A stretch of 64,000 nt of DNA from Eledone cirrhosa (Eukaryota), in assembly GCA_964016885.1 (NCBI GenBank), contig OZ024742.1, positions 104,780,001 through 104,844,000 of the forward strand. The letters run 5' to 3'. Position numbers and translations under genes: made by a program. Every line of letters begins with the position of its first letter. Position 1 is the first letter of the stretch. Of this stretch, positions 12,823 through 23,918 are shown piece by piece. The notes under the pieces were generated by a model. The model was not told where the DNA came from. It searched no databases and saw only the letters and a list, made by a program, of their open reading frames with translations.

Positions 12823-12830
<8 letters not shown>
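12602..12830 (+). mobile_element. Fold-back element with 60-bp inverted arms and an internal hammerhead (Penelope-like pLTR or retrozyme-like remnant)
   Basis: Arms 12602-12661 and 12771-12830 are reverse complements with one mismatch; the right end runs directly into (TA)n. Confidence 0.7.
12722..12792 (+). ncRNA. Minimal type I hammerhead ribozyme
   Basis: Stem I TATTTTAT (12722-12729) / CTGATGA (12730-12736) / 16-position stem II with TCAT loop / GAAA (12773-12776) / palindromic TGCGCA / TA / stem I' ATAAAATA (12785-12792), a perfect 8-bp complement. Confidence 0.8.
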
Positions 12831-12908
<78 letters not shown>

Positions 12909-12953
12909 TAACACAGCTTTGTAGCTTGCTTGAAGCATTGTTGAATAGGAAAC

Positions 12954-13145
12954 ACAAATTTAAATAATTTTGAAAACCACACAAGACATTAGAAAGAAAA
13001 TTAAATCGCTAAGATAACAAAAGAATCGCTAAGATAACAAAATTAAATCGCTAAGATAATTTGCTAAGGTAAGATTTTTTGTTATCTTAGCGATTTAATT
13101 TTATTTCTAATGCATTATTTGGTTTTCAAAATTATTAAAATTTGT
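12954..13145. repeat. Inverted repeat with 69-bp arms and internal triplication of AATCGCTAAGATAA
   Basis: 12954-13022 is an imperfect reverse complement of 13077-13145; the right end abuts (TA)n. Confidence 0.8.
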
Positions 13146-13828
13146 ATATATATATATATATATATATGTTAACATAGTACCTGTGAAAAATGGTGGGTGT
13201 ATAGTAAAAACAAGTTAATAATTTGTTGATATAAACCTTCTATGTGAAGTTAATTGAATCCCCAACTTTTCCTTGGCCTTTCTAATTTTTAATCTGCTGC
13301 TGCCTCCTCCTCCTTAAGTACACGACCCAACACACTCACATCTATGGCATATAATCACAGAACAACTTAGAACCACTTCCATTACACTACAAAAATGACG
13401 TGTGTTATTTAATTAATATTTATATACTTCTATGTACAAATAAATGTAAAGATACATTGTAGTCTAAGTCAACCTGAGACAAAATATGGCGTGTGAACTT
13501 CCTAGTGAAATTCTCTAACTGTCGATTATAACTGAAGCTAATCTCTTGGATCTGAAGTGTTCTCTTTGACTGTGCCATATCAACTCATCTCTCACATGAT
13601 TTTAATCCAACAACTTTGACATGCTCAAAAGATGTGTCATTCCCTCAGAAAACTCTCTTCCTAAATAAAGTTCCATTAATTCAATTTCATATATTCTTAA
13701 GCCATTTATTTCTCTTCTTAAACATCTATTTTAAATAATTCTAAGAAAGAGCCACTCGGTGGTTGTTCAATTTGCTAGTGATAGCAGCCCAGTCATCTTT
13801 AAGTTAATAACTCATTTGTCCACTCTTC

Positions 13829-14088
13829 TTAACCCTTTAGCATTTAAACCGGCTGTATCCAGCCAGAATTCTCTCACCTTTTTCTGTTCAAACTGGCTGT
13901 AACTGGCTGCTCATACTGATGTTAAGGTAATATTCTCAAAATAGATAATATCAAAATCTCATAGATTTGATATTTAGTGAGATAATTATGTGTTTACCAT
14001 GAAAATACAATATAAATACTTTAAAGTAAACAGTTTTACATCATAGATCCAGGGGCAGTTTCAGGCAGTTTGGTATCAAAAGGGTTAA
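13829..14088. mobile_element. piggyBac-like MITE (TTAA-CCCTTT...AAAGGG-TTAA)
   Basis: TTAA flanks and CCCTTT/AAAGGG termini; related copies or fragments near 8665-9300, 24212-24741, 48347-48607 and 56813-57029. Confidence 0.65.
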
Positions 14089-14501
14089 AATGAAATACTG
14101 AGAGCAGTGATTCTGATATTTAGCAGTGCAGTGACAACTCTATATATTTTGGTCTTATTAAACTTCATCAGAAAAGCTTTGTCTCTTTGTCTAACCATGA
14201 CTGCAAGATCATAGAATAAGTAGAGGTATACAGTTGTTTTCATGAATCAACACAAAGTGATGTAATAACAGAGAGGGATAACTGGTGAAAAGTACTCAGG
14301 GACACCTGCTAACTGAAAAATTAATAGTAAAGGGAGTGCTAGCATGGTTGATGTAGTAGCCAGTAAATTTTAATTATAATTACATATTAATGAAGAAAAC
14401 AACCACTGTCTATGTATAGTGTATGTATAGTGGGGTAGCGTATCAGATATTCCTTAAATCAATTCAAACTGAAGCAAGTCTGCCAGTCAGTGGTAAACAT
14501 A

Positions 14502-14697
14502 TATGAGGGTCAGTTGAAACATTCATAGGCTGATTATGAAGGAGTGATGCTAGTGCTGTGAAATCTTGCATGCATTAATTTCAACTCTTCGTATTAATAA
14601 CTGCATTGATTCTTTCCAGAGACTATGTTGAGTATCTTGGTCCAGAGACATGAGAGTATCTTGGTCAGCCTATGAACTTTTAAGCTGACCCCCCATA
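14502..14697. mobile_element. Tc1/mariner-type MITE
   Basis: TA-flanked TIRs TATGAGGGTCAGTTGAAACATTCATAGGCTGA / TCAGCCTATGAACTTTTAAGCTGACCCCCCATA; two more copies in the window. Confidence 0.75.
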
Positions 14698-14964
14698 CAC
14701 TGTTCATGTATAGTTGTAGTGTAGTTTAACTAACTTAATACCAAACAAGCTGAAACTGCCCTTGTTTCTATGATGCAAAACTATTAATTTTAAAATTTGG
14801 CAATCTATTTTGGGGAACAATATGTCTAATATAAAAGATGGTATGCTTTTGATCATAGAAGACCGCCTTCCCACAGGCACAGGTGAAGCTGAAGCATATG
14901 TATAGTATGTACCACCCCAACCTCACCCTCCCATACATCTCCCACGAGGACAGGCTGAAGTGTA

Positions 14965-15355
14965 CATCTAGTAAAGCCTCCAGCCCACACTGTAAAGTGG
15001 TCTTGATGGCGACATGACAAAAAGTGTCCAGCCCACATTATAAAGTGGTCATGATGGTGACACAGCAAAAAGCACCCAGTCCACACTGTAAAGTGGTCGT
15101 GTAGATATCATGACAAAAAGCACCCAGTCCACACTGTAAAGTGGTTGTACAGGTGTCACAACAAAAACACCCTGTACTCACTGTAAATGAGGTTGGCATT
15201 AGGAAGGGCATTCAGCTGTAGAAACCAAGCCCAAATCAGTTCTGTATGAGCAAGACAAGGTCACCTGACCTGGCATTGCTCACAACAGGATAACTTGTCT
15301 AACCCATGCTAGTGTGGAAAAATGGACATTAAACGGTGATGATGATGATGATGAT
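14965..15355 (+). mobile_element. RTE 3'-UTR fragment with about four 48-bp units
   Basis: Repeated CACTGTAAAGTGG...GACAAAAAGCACCCAG units, then the GGCATTAGGAAGGGCATT tail and (GAT)n. Confidence 0.75.
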
Positions 15356-15409
15356 CAGTGCTAACAAGGATTAAACAACCACTATATTTTTAGATAGAAT
15401 GCAATAGAA

Positions 15410-15672
15410 AAATATCCACTGGTATGGACATGTTATGCACATGGATGATGGTCATTTGTTGAAAAATGCCAAGAGATTCAAGTAGAAGAATGCTGCAGTA
15501 AAGGAAGACCAAGGAAGACTTGGTCAGAAGTGGTGAAATCTGATTCAAAATCATTGAACCTCATAGAGGAGATAACGCAGAAACACATTAAGTGAAAGGA
15601 AACTATACTGAAAAAGCCCTGACCATCCCAGGCAAGCATGGAAAAATGGAAGTTAAAAAATGATGATGATGA
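15410..15672 (+). mobile_element. Degenerate RTE LINE C-terminal fragment
   Basis: Encodes WYGHVMHMDD...GRPRKTWSEVVKSD, followed by the RTE tail. Confidence 0.7.
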
Positions 15673-17286
15673 CATAGGTGATGTTAGCACAAGTCTAGAT
15701 ATGTTGAAAACACTGTATAAAATGCACAAGCTGATCTCATTGATAACACAACATTCAGTGGTCTGGTAATCTGTTTCTCATCATAATTCTAAAGAATTCT
15801 CTTTATAATCCTTGTGAAACATAAGCACCTCCAAAAATCACTATTTAGTAAACACACACACACACACACACATACATACACACACACACACATACACACA
15901 CACTCATACTCACACACACACACAATCATCATCATCGTCACCATTATCCATGAGTCATCATAATAATCATCATCATTATTTATAAGTCGTATCATCATCA
16001 TCATCATTATACAATTTGCTTGCCTATATAATCATGAATATTTAACACTAATGCCTACACATAGGCATACATGCAGACACACCATATATAAACACATATA
16101 TATGCACCCACATGTACACATACACATACCATAATTCATGTAGGAAACAGACAAAACATACAGTTAAGTACACATGTACAGATTCTCAAATGCTCACACA
16201 CACACACATACACTCATACACTGATAAACACATAACTATAGTGACATGTACACAGAAACACACATTCAAACAGTCATATGTAGAACTATGCTACATATAC
16301 TGTAAGCATACACACTAAAACAACATACACATCTTACCACACCCAAACACACATATATCCATATACAAACATATATCTATATACATACATGCATGCTTAC
16401 CCATACCTAAACACATATATACACATACTCAAACACATACATTCTCAAACACACACATTCTCAGATACACATACACACAAGAAACATTCTCAAACATACA
16501 TACACTCAAACACCTTCTCACACACACACACAAACATACATTTTCAAATTCATATGTACACAAACACATACAAACTCATTATAAACTCATACAAAAACAT
16601 TATAAACACTCATACACACCCAAACATGTATTCTTAAACACATACACACATCTTCAAACATATACACTCAAATATAAAAAAAAGCATACATCGATGTATA
16701 ACTGTATATGTATAATATACACATATGCATACTTAAAATAAACACACACAGACAATCACACATACTCACAGATGCACCCAATGAACCCCCCTACACACAC
16801 TCACTTGTCTAACAGTGCATCCATTATTTCATTAAGATCAATGCTCTCATTTAATTTTATTGGCCCACCAAGCAGGACAGCAGGTAACCATGCCAACACC
16901 CAAATTAGACAATGAACTTTCACCTCTATCTTCCTTTATATCTTAACTCTTAACACCCTATAATGATTTAGCAGAAAATATCCCCAAATCGTTTTTTTTT
17001 TATTCAAATGTTTACACTACCTTTATTAGCAAACAGATTGTTGCAAAAGTTTGCAGTATTAACTCTTAACATCCTGTAATAATTTAACAGAAAATATCTA
17101 AAAATTGGTTTGTTAATTCAAATGTTTATGGTATCTTTACTAGTATACAAACTGTTATGAAAATTTGCAGTAAACTAAAGACTTTAATTTTTAATGTGAT
17201 GAAGTCAGAGCTGTTTTCTAATTTTCAAAATATCTTGCTAAGGCCATTTCATGTGGTACAGAATGTAAAGAGTTAAAATGATGTTT

Positions 17287-17580
17287 TCATCATCATCATC
17301 ATTTCATTTTACGTCCGCTTTTTCCCTGCTTGCAAGAGTGGGACGGGAACTGATTCTGGCTTGATTTCTACAGCTGGATGCCCTTCCTAACACCAACCTC
17401 ATTTACAGTGAGTGCTGGGTGCTTTTTGCTGTGGCACCTCCACGACCAGTTTGCTGAGTAAACTGGAGCAATGTGAAATAAAGTGTCTTGCTCAAGGAAA
17501 CAACACATCACCCGGTCTGAGAATTGAACTCACAACCTTTCGATTGCAAGGCCAATGCTCTAACCACTAAGCCATGTGCC
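17287..17580 (-). mobile_element. CORE-type tRNA-SINE with RTE tail (internally deleted)
   Basis: Reverse complement of the 37216-37540 copy. Confidence 0.85.
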
Positions 17581-18309
17581 ACATGGATATGTTTTGTATA
17601 GTCAAATTATCTAGAACATTCTATAATTAGTTAAAAATGTGGATGGGAGGAGTATTGGTTAAAACCCCTGGTCTGGAATTGGATGAATGTACCTGGACAA
17701 GATTAGAGCATGTCTTCTGTGAGTGGGGGCAGAATTATCACTACCCACAGCCAGAAAACACACACCTTCACCAATATACCCACAGCCTGTATGCCCACAG
17801 ATATACACTCCCACTACTTTTTTCAGTCTCATACTTATTTTATTGATCTCTATTCACCCAATGGCAAAGTTACTTTTTACAAACATCATTTTTTCTTAAA
17901 AAAGGTGTGTTGTGTAAAAACAAAACATACACATAACCACATACAGTGCACATACATGTATATAAATATCCAGTTTAGAATATGTATACCATATCCTAGC
18001 ATGTTGTAAGAAGCAACTAAAAGGGTTAGTGCCAGGAAGGGCTGTAAAACATTGCCACAAAGAGTCTTGCCCAACCCATACTAGCATAAAAAAGTCAGCG
18101 CAAAAAGAATACTGATAATGATGATGATGAGTGAATGTATATATGTAAAGTAGTTGGTGATAGGAAGGGCATCCAGCCACAGAAACTATACCAAAAATTG
18201 AACATACAAGAGAGATATGGAGCACAGTAGCTCTGAATATAAATTGATTCAGACCATAGTGGCAGTGTAAATGATGTTGGTTGAGATGTTGGTGATGGTA
18301 GTGAAGGAG

Positions 18310-18562
18310 CTTGTATGAGTGGTGTTGGTGCTAATGGTTATATTGGTGAGTTAGTGATTGTAGTAGTGGTGATGGACGCTGGTAGAGGTGTTAGAGGTGG
18401 TATTGGTGCTGATGGTTATATTGGTGAGTTAATGATAGAAGTGGTGGTGATGTTGGGTGCTGCTAGAGGTGGTATTGGTGCTGATGGTTATATTGGTGAG
18501 TTAGTGATTGTAGTGGTGGTGATGGATGCTGTATTGATGCTGATGGTTGTATTTGTGAGTTA
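18310..18562. repeat. Imperfect minisatellite, 3-4 copies of GGTATTGGTGCTGATGGTTATATTGGTGAGTTAGTGATTGTAGTGGTGGTGATG
   Basis: Direct repeat visible in the DNA and in the ORF translation (GADGYIGEL-like motif three times). Confidence 0.75.
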
Positions 18563-19139
18563 AAGGAGAAACTCTTAGAGCAATTAAATTGGAAATCAAA
18601 AGCAGAGTTTGAAAAAAAAGAAGAAAAAACATGTCCCTCAGCCAAACTTTCTCTATGTGTATGAAGTTCAAAAGATTGTATTTGTTGGAAGTATAGACAG
18701 ACAGTTATTTTACTAAAATACTACGACAATTCAGCATTCAAATTAGAATTCTGATAATTTACAAACCTAAGATTTCTGAAATTACCCCAGTGATGAACAA
18801 AAAGATAATAGTTATTGTGATGATGATGATGATAGTGATGATGTTGATGTTTAACCCAAAGCCAATCCTATTCAAGCAGGCCTATGATCAAAGCTATTTT
18901 ATCCATGACAATCTCATCATTTTAGTAGTATGTATGCATAGTTGGATTAAGACTTACACAGGCCATAAGCAGTGAAAAGATTATGGTGTCCCTATATACT
19001 GTACTATAGAAAAGGAAACTATGGGGTCCCATCTTTATTTGAGGCCCTAAACACATACTTATTTGGTTTAACGGTTTGTCCAATACTCTATATAGGACTA
19101 TATAAGGTGGAAAATAGGAAGAATTCTTAGAATGTCAGA

Positions 19140-19516
19140 TATGAGGGTCAGTTGAAAAGTTCATAGACAGACTATGAAGGAGTTATGCTAGAGCTGTGAA
19201 ATCTTGCATGCATTAATTTCAACTCTATGGGCGGTGGATTGGCAGTATCGGTAGAGGGTCGGACGCCATGCTTTCCAGCATAGTTACGTCCCTTTACGAT
19301 CTGAGTTCAAATCCCGCCGAGGTTGACTTTGCCTTTCATCCTTACGGGGTCGATAAAATAAAGTACCAGTAATGCACTGGGTAATTGCTGGCCTTGTGCC
19401 TAAAGTAGAAACAATTAATTTCAACTCTTCTTCTTAATAACTACATTGTTTCTTTCACTCAGTCATTTCATGGGAGTATCTTAGTCAGCCTATGAACTTT
19501 TCAGCCAACCCTCATA
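19140..19516. mobile_element. Tc1/mariner-type MITE interrupted by a SINE
   Basis: TIRs TATGAGGGTCAGTTGAAAAGTTCATAG / CTATGAACTTTTCAGCCAACCCTCATA. Confidence 0.8.
19227..19413 (+). mobile_element. Full-length family B SINE nested in the MITE, perfect 15-bp TSD
   Basis: TSD ATTAATTTCAACTCT at 19212-19226 and 19414-19428. Confidence 0.9.
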
Positions 19517-19899
19517 GAATGCTTTGTGATATTCATTCCCAATCTCTGCACTCCAAGTTCAAATCCTGCTGCAGTCAGCTTTGGCTTTTATTTTTTCAAG
19601 CTTGATAAAAAAATGGTACCAGTCCAGTACTGGGGTCGATTCTTCCTCTATACTTTTTTCTCAATTCTTCTCTTTTTTACTCTCTCTCCTTTTCTAGAAG
19701 AAATCAGCTGTGTAACAACTTGGAGAGGGGATGAGCACCACAAGGTTTTAAATGCCCAAGACATGTCGTATGTCACTATTATATCCCCTACAACTCTGTC
19801 AACAGGTACAGGAGCACATTATCTAATGTTTAGGTAATGGTAGGGGTGTGTAATTTAAGGGAGACTTAGTTGCTATTTCACTGGCAATTCTGAAGAGTG

Positions 19900-20390
19900 A
19901 TAATGATGGTGGTGGTGGGTATGATGGGAGTGGCAATGATGTTGATGATCGTGGTGGTAATGTTGATAATGATGACAATAATAAAGATTGTGATGAAGAT
20001 TAAGACTATGGTGGTGGTTGTGATGATGATGATGGTAATAACAATAAAGATGAAGCTGGTGCAGATGATGAGCATTGCGGTGGTGGTCATGATGATGAAG
20101 ATGAGGAGGAGGAAGATGACAATGATGACAATGATGACAATGATAATGACAATGTTGAAGATGATAATGATGATGATGAAGCTGATGATAAGGATGAAGA
20201 TGATGAGGATGATAAGGACCACGAAGATGAGGAGAATGATAACAGCAACAACAATGACAGTAACAATGACAATAGTGATGATGATGATGATGAAAATAAC
20301 AGCATCTATAAAAATTATAATGATAATGATTGTGATAATGTTGGTGGAGATGGATATAAGATTGATGAGTGTGATGCTGATGATGGATGG
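19900..20390. repeat. Degenerate (ATG/GAT)n microsatellite tract
   Basis: Direct reading. Confidence 0.9.
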
Positions 20391-20751
20391 TAGAATATTT
20401 TTTCTTTTTTTTTACTATAAACTTATATGATAGAGTTTTGCTTCAGGGAATAAAACTTATTTATTGTTTTTGAGAAAGGGAACATTCATTTCATATAGAA
20501 AACCAAAGAAAGTTATAGTGAGAACATTGCCATCTGCTATATGTATTGGTTGGTGTGTGATGTGGTAGAGGATATTCCATAGTACAGTGGTACTGAAGTC
20601 CTACGTTTGGCATCTGTAGATGGAGGACTGACTGAATAAAGACTGTTTTACTGTGACATGGAAAAAATATAAATAAACAAGTTATGAAATTGTCTCTTGT
20701 TGAGGTTTACTATCTTGTTACTAGTTCCAAATATATGTATGTATATACACA

Positions 20752-20810
<59 letters not shown>

Positions 20811-20879
20811 TACATACACAGACACACAGACACACACACACATATATATATATGCGTATAAATGAAGCTTGCATGGATA

Positions 20880-21200
20880 TGTAATAGTAGTGTTCATGAA
20901 CAATAAGGTATCAATGAACTGAAAGAAAAACTAGGCATAAGAGGGGTCAGATGCAGTGTACAGGAGAGGAGATTGCAGTGGTTTTGACACGTGATGCATA
21001 TGGAGGATGACAGTTGTATAAAAAGGTATAGGGTACTCATAGTCGATGGAAATTATAGAAGCGGAAGACATAGGAAAGCTTGGGATGAAGTTATAAAAGC
21101 TGATCTTGTTCAATTAAACCTCACAAAGGGGATGACACAGGATTGAGATCTCTGGCATTATGTTATACTGCAGAAAACCCACCTTTCCATGTGCACAAAT
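20880..21200 (+). mobile_element. Degenerate RTE LINE C-terminal fragment
   Basis: Encodes ELKEKLGIRGVRCSVQERRLQWF*HVMHMEDDSCIK, homologous to the 41.4-41.6 kb segment. Confidence 0.7.
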
Positions 21201-22506
21201 TAAAATGAAACAAACATGTAGAGGACACAATTATCTGCACTAATCTTCTCTTCACATCTCCCCATTGCAAAAAGTGGACTTTTCTTGCAACACCTAAGGG
21301 CCAGGTGCAGGGTTAGTAGCAAAACGTTTATAGGTCCTAAATGCTGAAAACTTGATGGAACTCCCTTTTTATGAGTCCTGGTTCAGCTGCAACATTACAC
21401 CATAGTCCATTGTAAATCTGTCACTGGAAAAAACAATCTTTGGGGCTCCTCTTTAGTGAAGACTGTAAGATGGTGCTTATTTTGTTTAATGGTTAATCCA
21501 GAGTTGGCCAGATGGTGGTGTTAAACCAGGTGATGGATTAGGTTTATCACCCAAGTAGGTCACAGTAGAATTTAAACTCAGAACGTATGGAGCTGAAACA
21601 AATACCTCAATACATCTCATCCTATGCTCTAACAGTTCTGCCAATTCACACACCTAGACTGGTACTTTATTTTATCAACCCTGAAAGGATGAAAGACAAA
21701 GTTGACTACAGAGGGATTTGAACTCAAAATACTAAGAGCCAGAACTGTGGGTTTCCATATATGGGTTTCCATATATGACGATGGTGTCCTCTTTTATTCC
21801 TAATGAAATAGATTGCCAAAATGTTTCAATTAATTCTGAAAAATAACCAAACATTTGGAGGAATTAAATAAAATAATTAAGTTTTTCATTAGTAAACTGA
21901 TATTTAGAACATTAAGAAACATTTCTAAAATAAAATTATGATGAAAGGTTTTAATATAAAGATAAACTTTCTAAAATGAGCAGTTTTTTGTATCATAAAT
22001 ACAGAGCAGTTTCAGACAGTTTGGTATCACAAGATTTAAGGTGTGCTTCAAAAACTGTCATCTTACCATTAGTAACCCGATATTTAGAACATTACAGAAG
22101 AAAAATGTCTAAAATAAAATGTTGATGAAATTATGATTTAAGGATAAGCATTTTAAAATTAGCAGTTTTGTATCATAAATCCAGAATGATTTTAGGCAGT
22201 TTAGTATCATATAATCTGTCATCTTATCAACATATTTTTTCTTTAGTGTCATTGATGGCTTTAACATCATCAATATCATTATCACCATTGTTTAAATGGT
22301 TGTTTTTCCATGCTAATATGTATTGAATGTGATAGTTTTGTGAGTGTTATGTAGACAGAGGCTTTTTCTGACACCAACCCTTATTTAGTAAGGTATGGAT
22401 TTTCACACATCTGATTACTAAACTGTGGACTTTTGTTTATAAGGGACATAAACAGATGTCACAAACTACACTAATGATGTCAAATGTGTAGCAAAGATAA
22501 AAACAA

Positions 22507-22537
<31 letters not shown>

Positions 22538-22560
22538 TGCATACAAAGATAAAAGATACA

Positions 22561-22719
22561 TACAAGGGTTGGCTGAAAGGTTCATAGGCATTAATTTCAA
22601 ATCTTTTTATTAATAACTACATTGTTACTTTTCAGCGACTATGTTGAAAAATAAACCTCACTCAGACATTCCATGAGAGTATCTTAGTCAGCCTATGAAC
22701 TTTTCAGCCGACCCCCATA
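22561..22719. mobile_element. Tc1/mariner-type MITE (third copy)
   Basis: TACAAGGGTTGGCTGAAAGGTTCATAGGC ... GCCTATGAACTTTTCAGCCGACCCCCATA. Confidence 0.75.
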
Positions 22720-23754
22720 CCTACATACATTCATACAAACATCTATGAGTGGTGTGTGTATACATGTTGGGCTGCTATACAGTTTCCATCTACCAAATTC
22801 ACTCACAAAGCATTGGTTAACCTAATGTTATAATGGTTTCTGATTTAGGCATAAAACCAGCATTTTGAAAGAAGAATGTCAGTTAAATTGACCCAGAACT
22901 TAACTGGTAGTTATTTTATTGATTACAGAAGGATGAAATGCAAAGTGGATTTGAAACCAGGAAGTAGAGGGCTTAAATAAAATACTGCAACACAAACCAC
23001 AGGGATATGAAGCAAATTTCTTAACCACACAGCCATACCTCTGCCTTTAACCTTACATCTAGATCATTGTCATTGTGTTGTAGCCTTTTTCCATGTTGGT
23101 AAGTGTAAGAGGAGTCTGAGTTCTTGTCATATGACACACAAAGATAAAATACTAATTTCTAATTGTTGTGGGTTATACACACACATGCATATATAAATAT
23201 GTATAACTCTGTGTGTCTATACATATATATTTTTTCTTTTTATATATATACACAAGTACACACATATACAAATATTGTCCAAGTTTTGCTAGCAAGAATA
23301 ACAGATGCTAAATGATGATGTTAGTGTGTGTCTCAATGTATATATGTATGTGTGTTGGTGTATGTATGTGTGTGTGTATGTGTGTATATGTTTATGTGTG
23401 TATATATATGCATGTGTGTGTATACATGTGTATGTTTGCTTGTGTGTGTATATATGTGCTTGTTTGTGTATGTTTGCTTGTGTGTATATATGTGCGCTTG
23501 TTTGTGAAAAGATATAAAAATCTTCACATATTTGAACGTAACTAGAATAAGAATAAATGAAATTTGAAATTTTTTACAAGGTCTTTTGCATAAAATTTGT
23601 CTCTTATCTCCATTTATGTACAGTTGCCATAACAACACTTGTAAAATCCTTAGGTTTCTATCTTCATCTGGCTATTAATTATTTCTGCTATTGTTAGTTC
23701 AGACAATTTTCTATTATACAAATAGATTATAATAAAATATTATTATTATTATTT

Positions 23755-23918
23755 GAGAGTCGAACACCATGCTTTGCAGCATAGAGTTACGGCCCTTTAT
23801 GATCTGAGTTCAAATCCCGCCGAGGTAAACTTTGCCTTTCATCCTTACGGGGTCGATAAAATAAAGTACCAGTAATACACTGGGGTAATTGCTGGCCTTG
23901 TGCCAAAAGTAGAAACAA
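23755..23918 (+). mobile_element. Family B SINE, 5'-truncated, in an (ATT)n tract
   Basis: High similarity to 8345-8531. Confidence 0.85.

Noticed and set aside
13420-13580. Minus-strand frame with LRR-like residues (IQEISFSYNRQL, LSQVDLDYN)
   Set aside because: In-frame stops lie just upstream and there is no convincing acceptor/donor pair; such residues are common by chance in AT-rich DNA.
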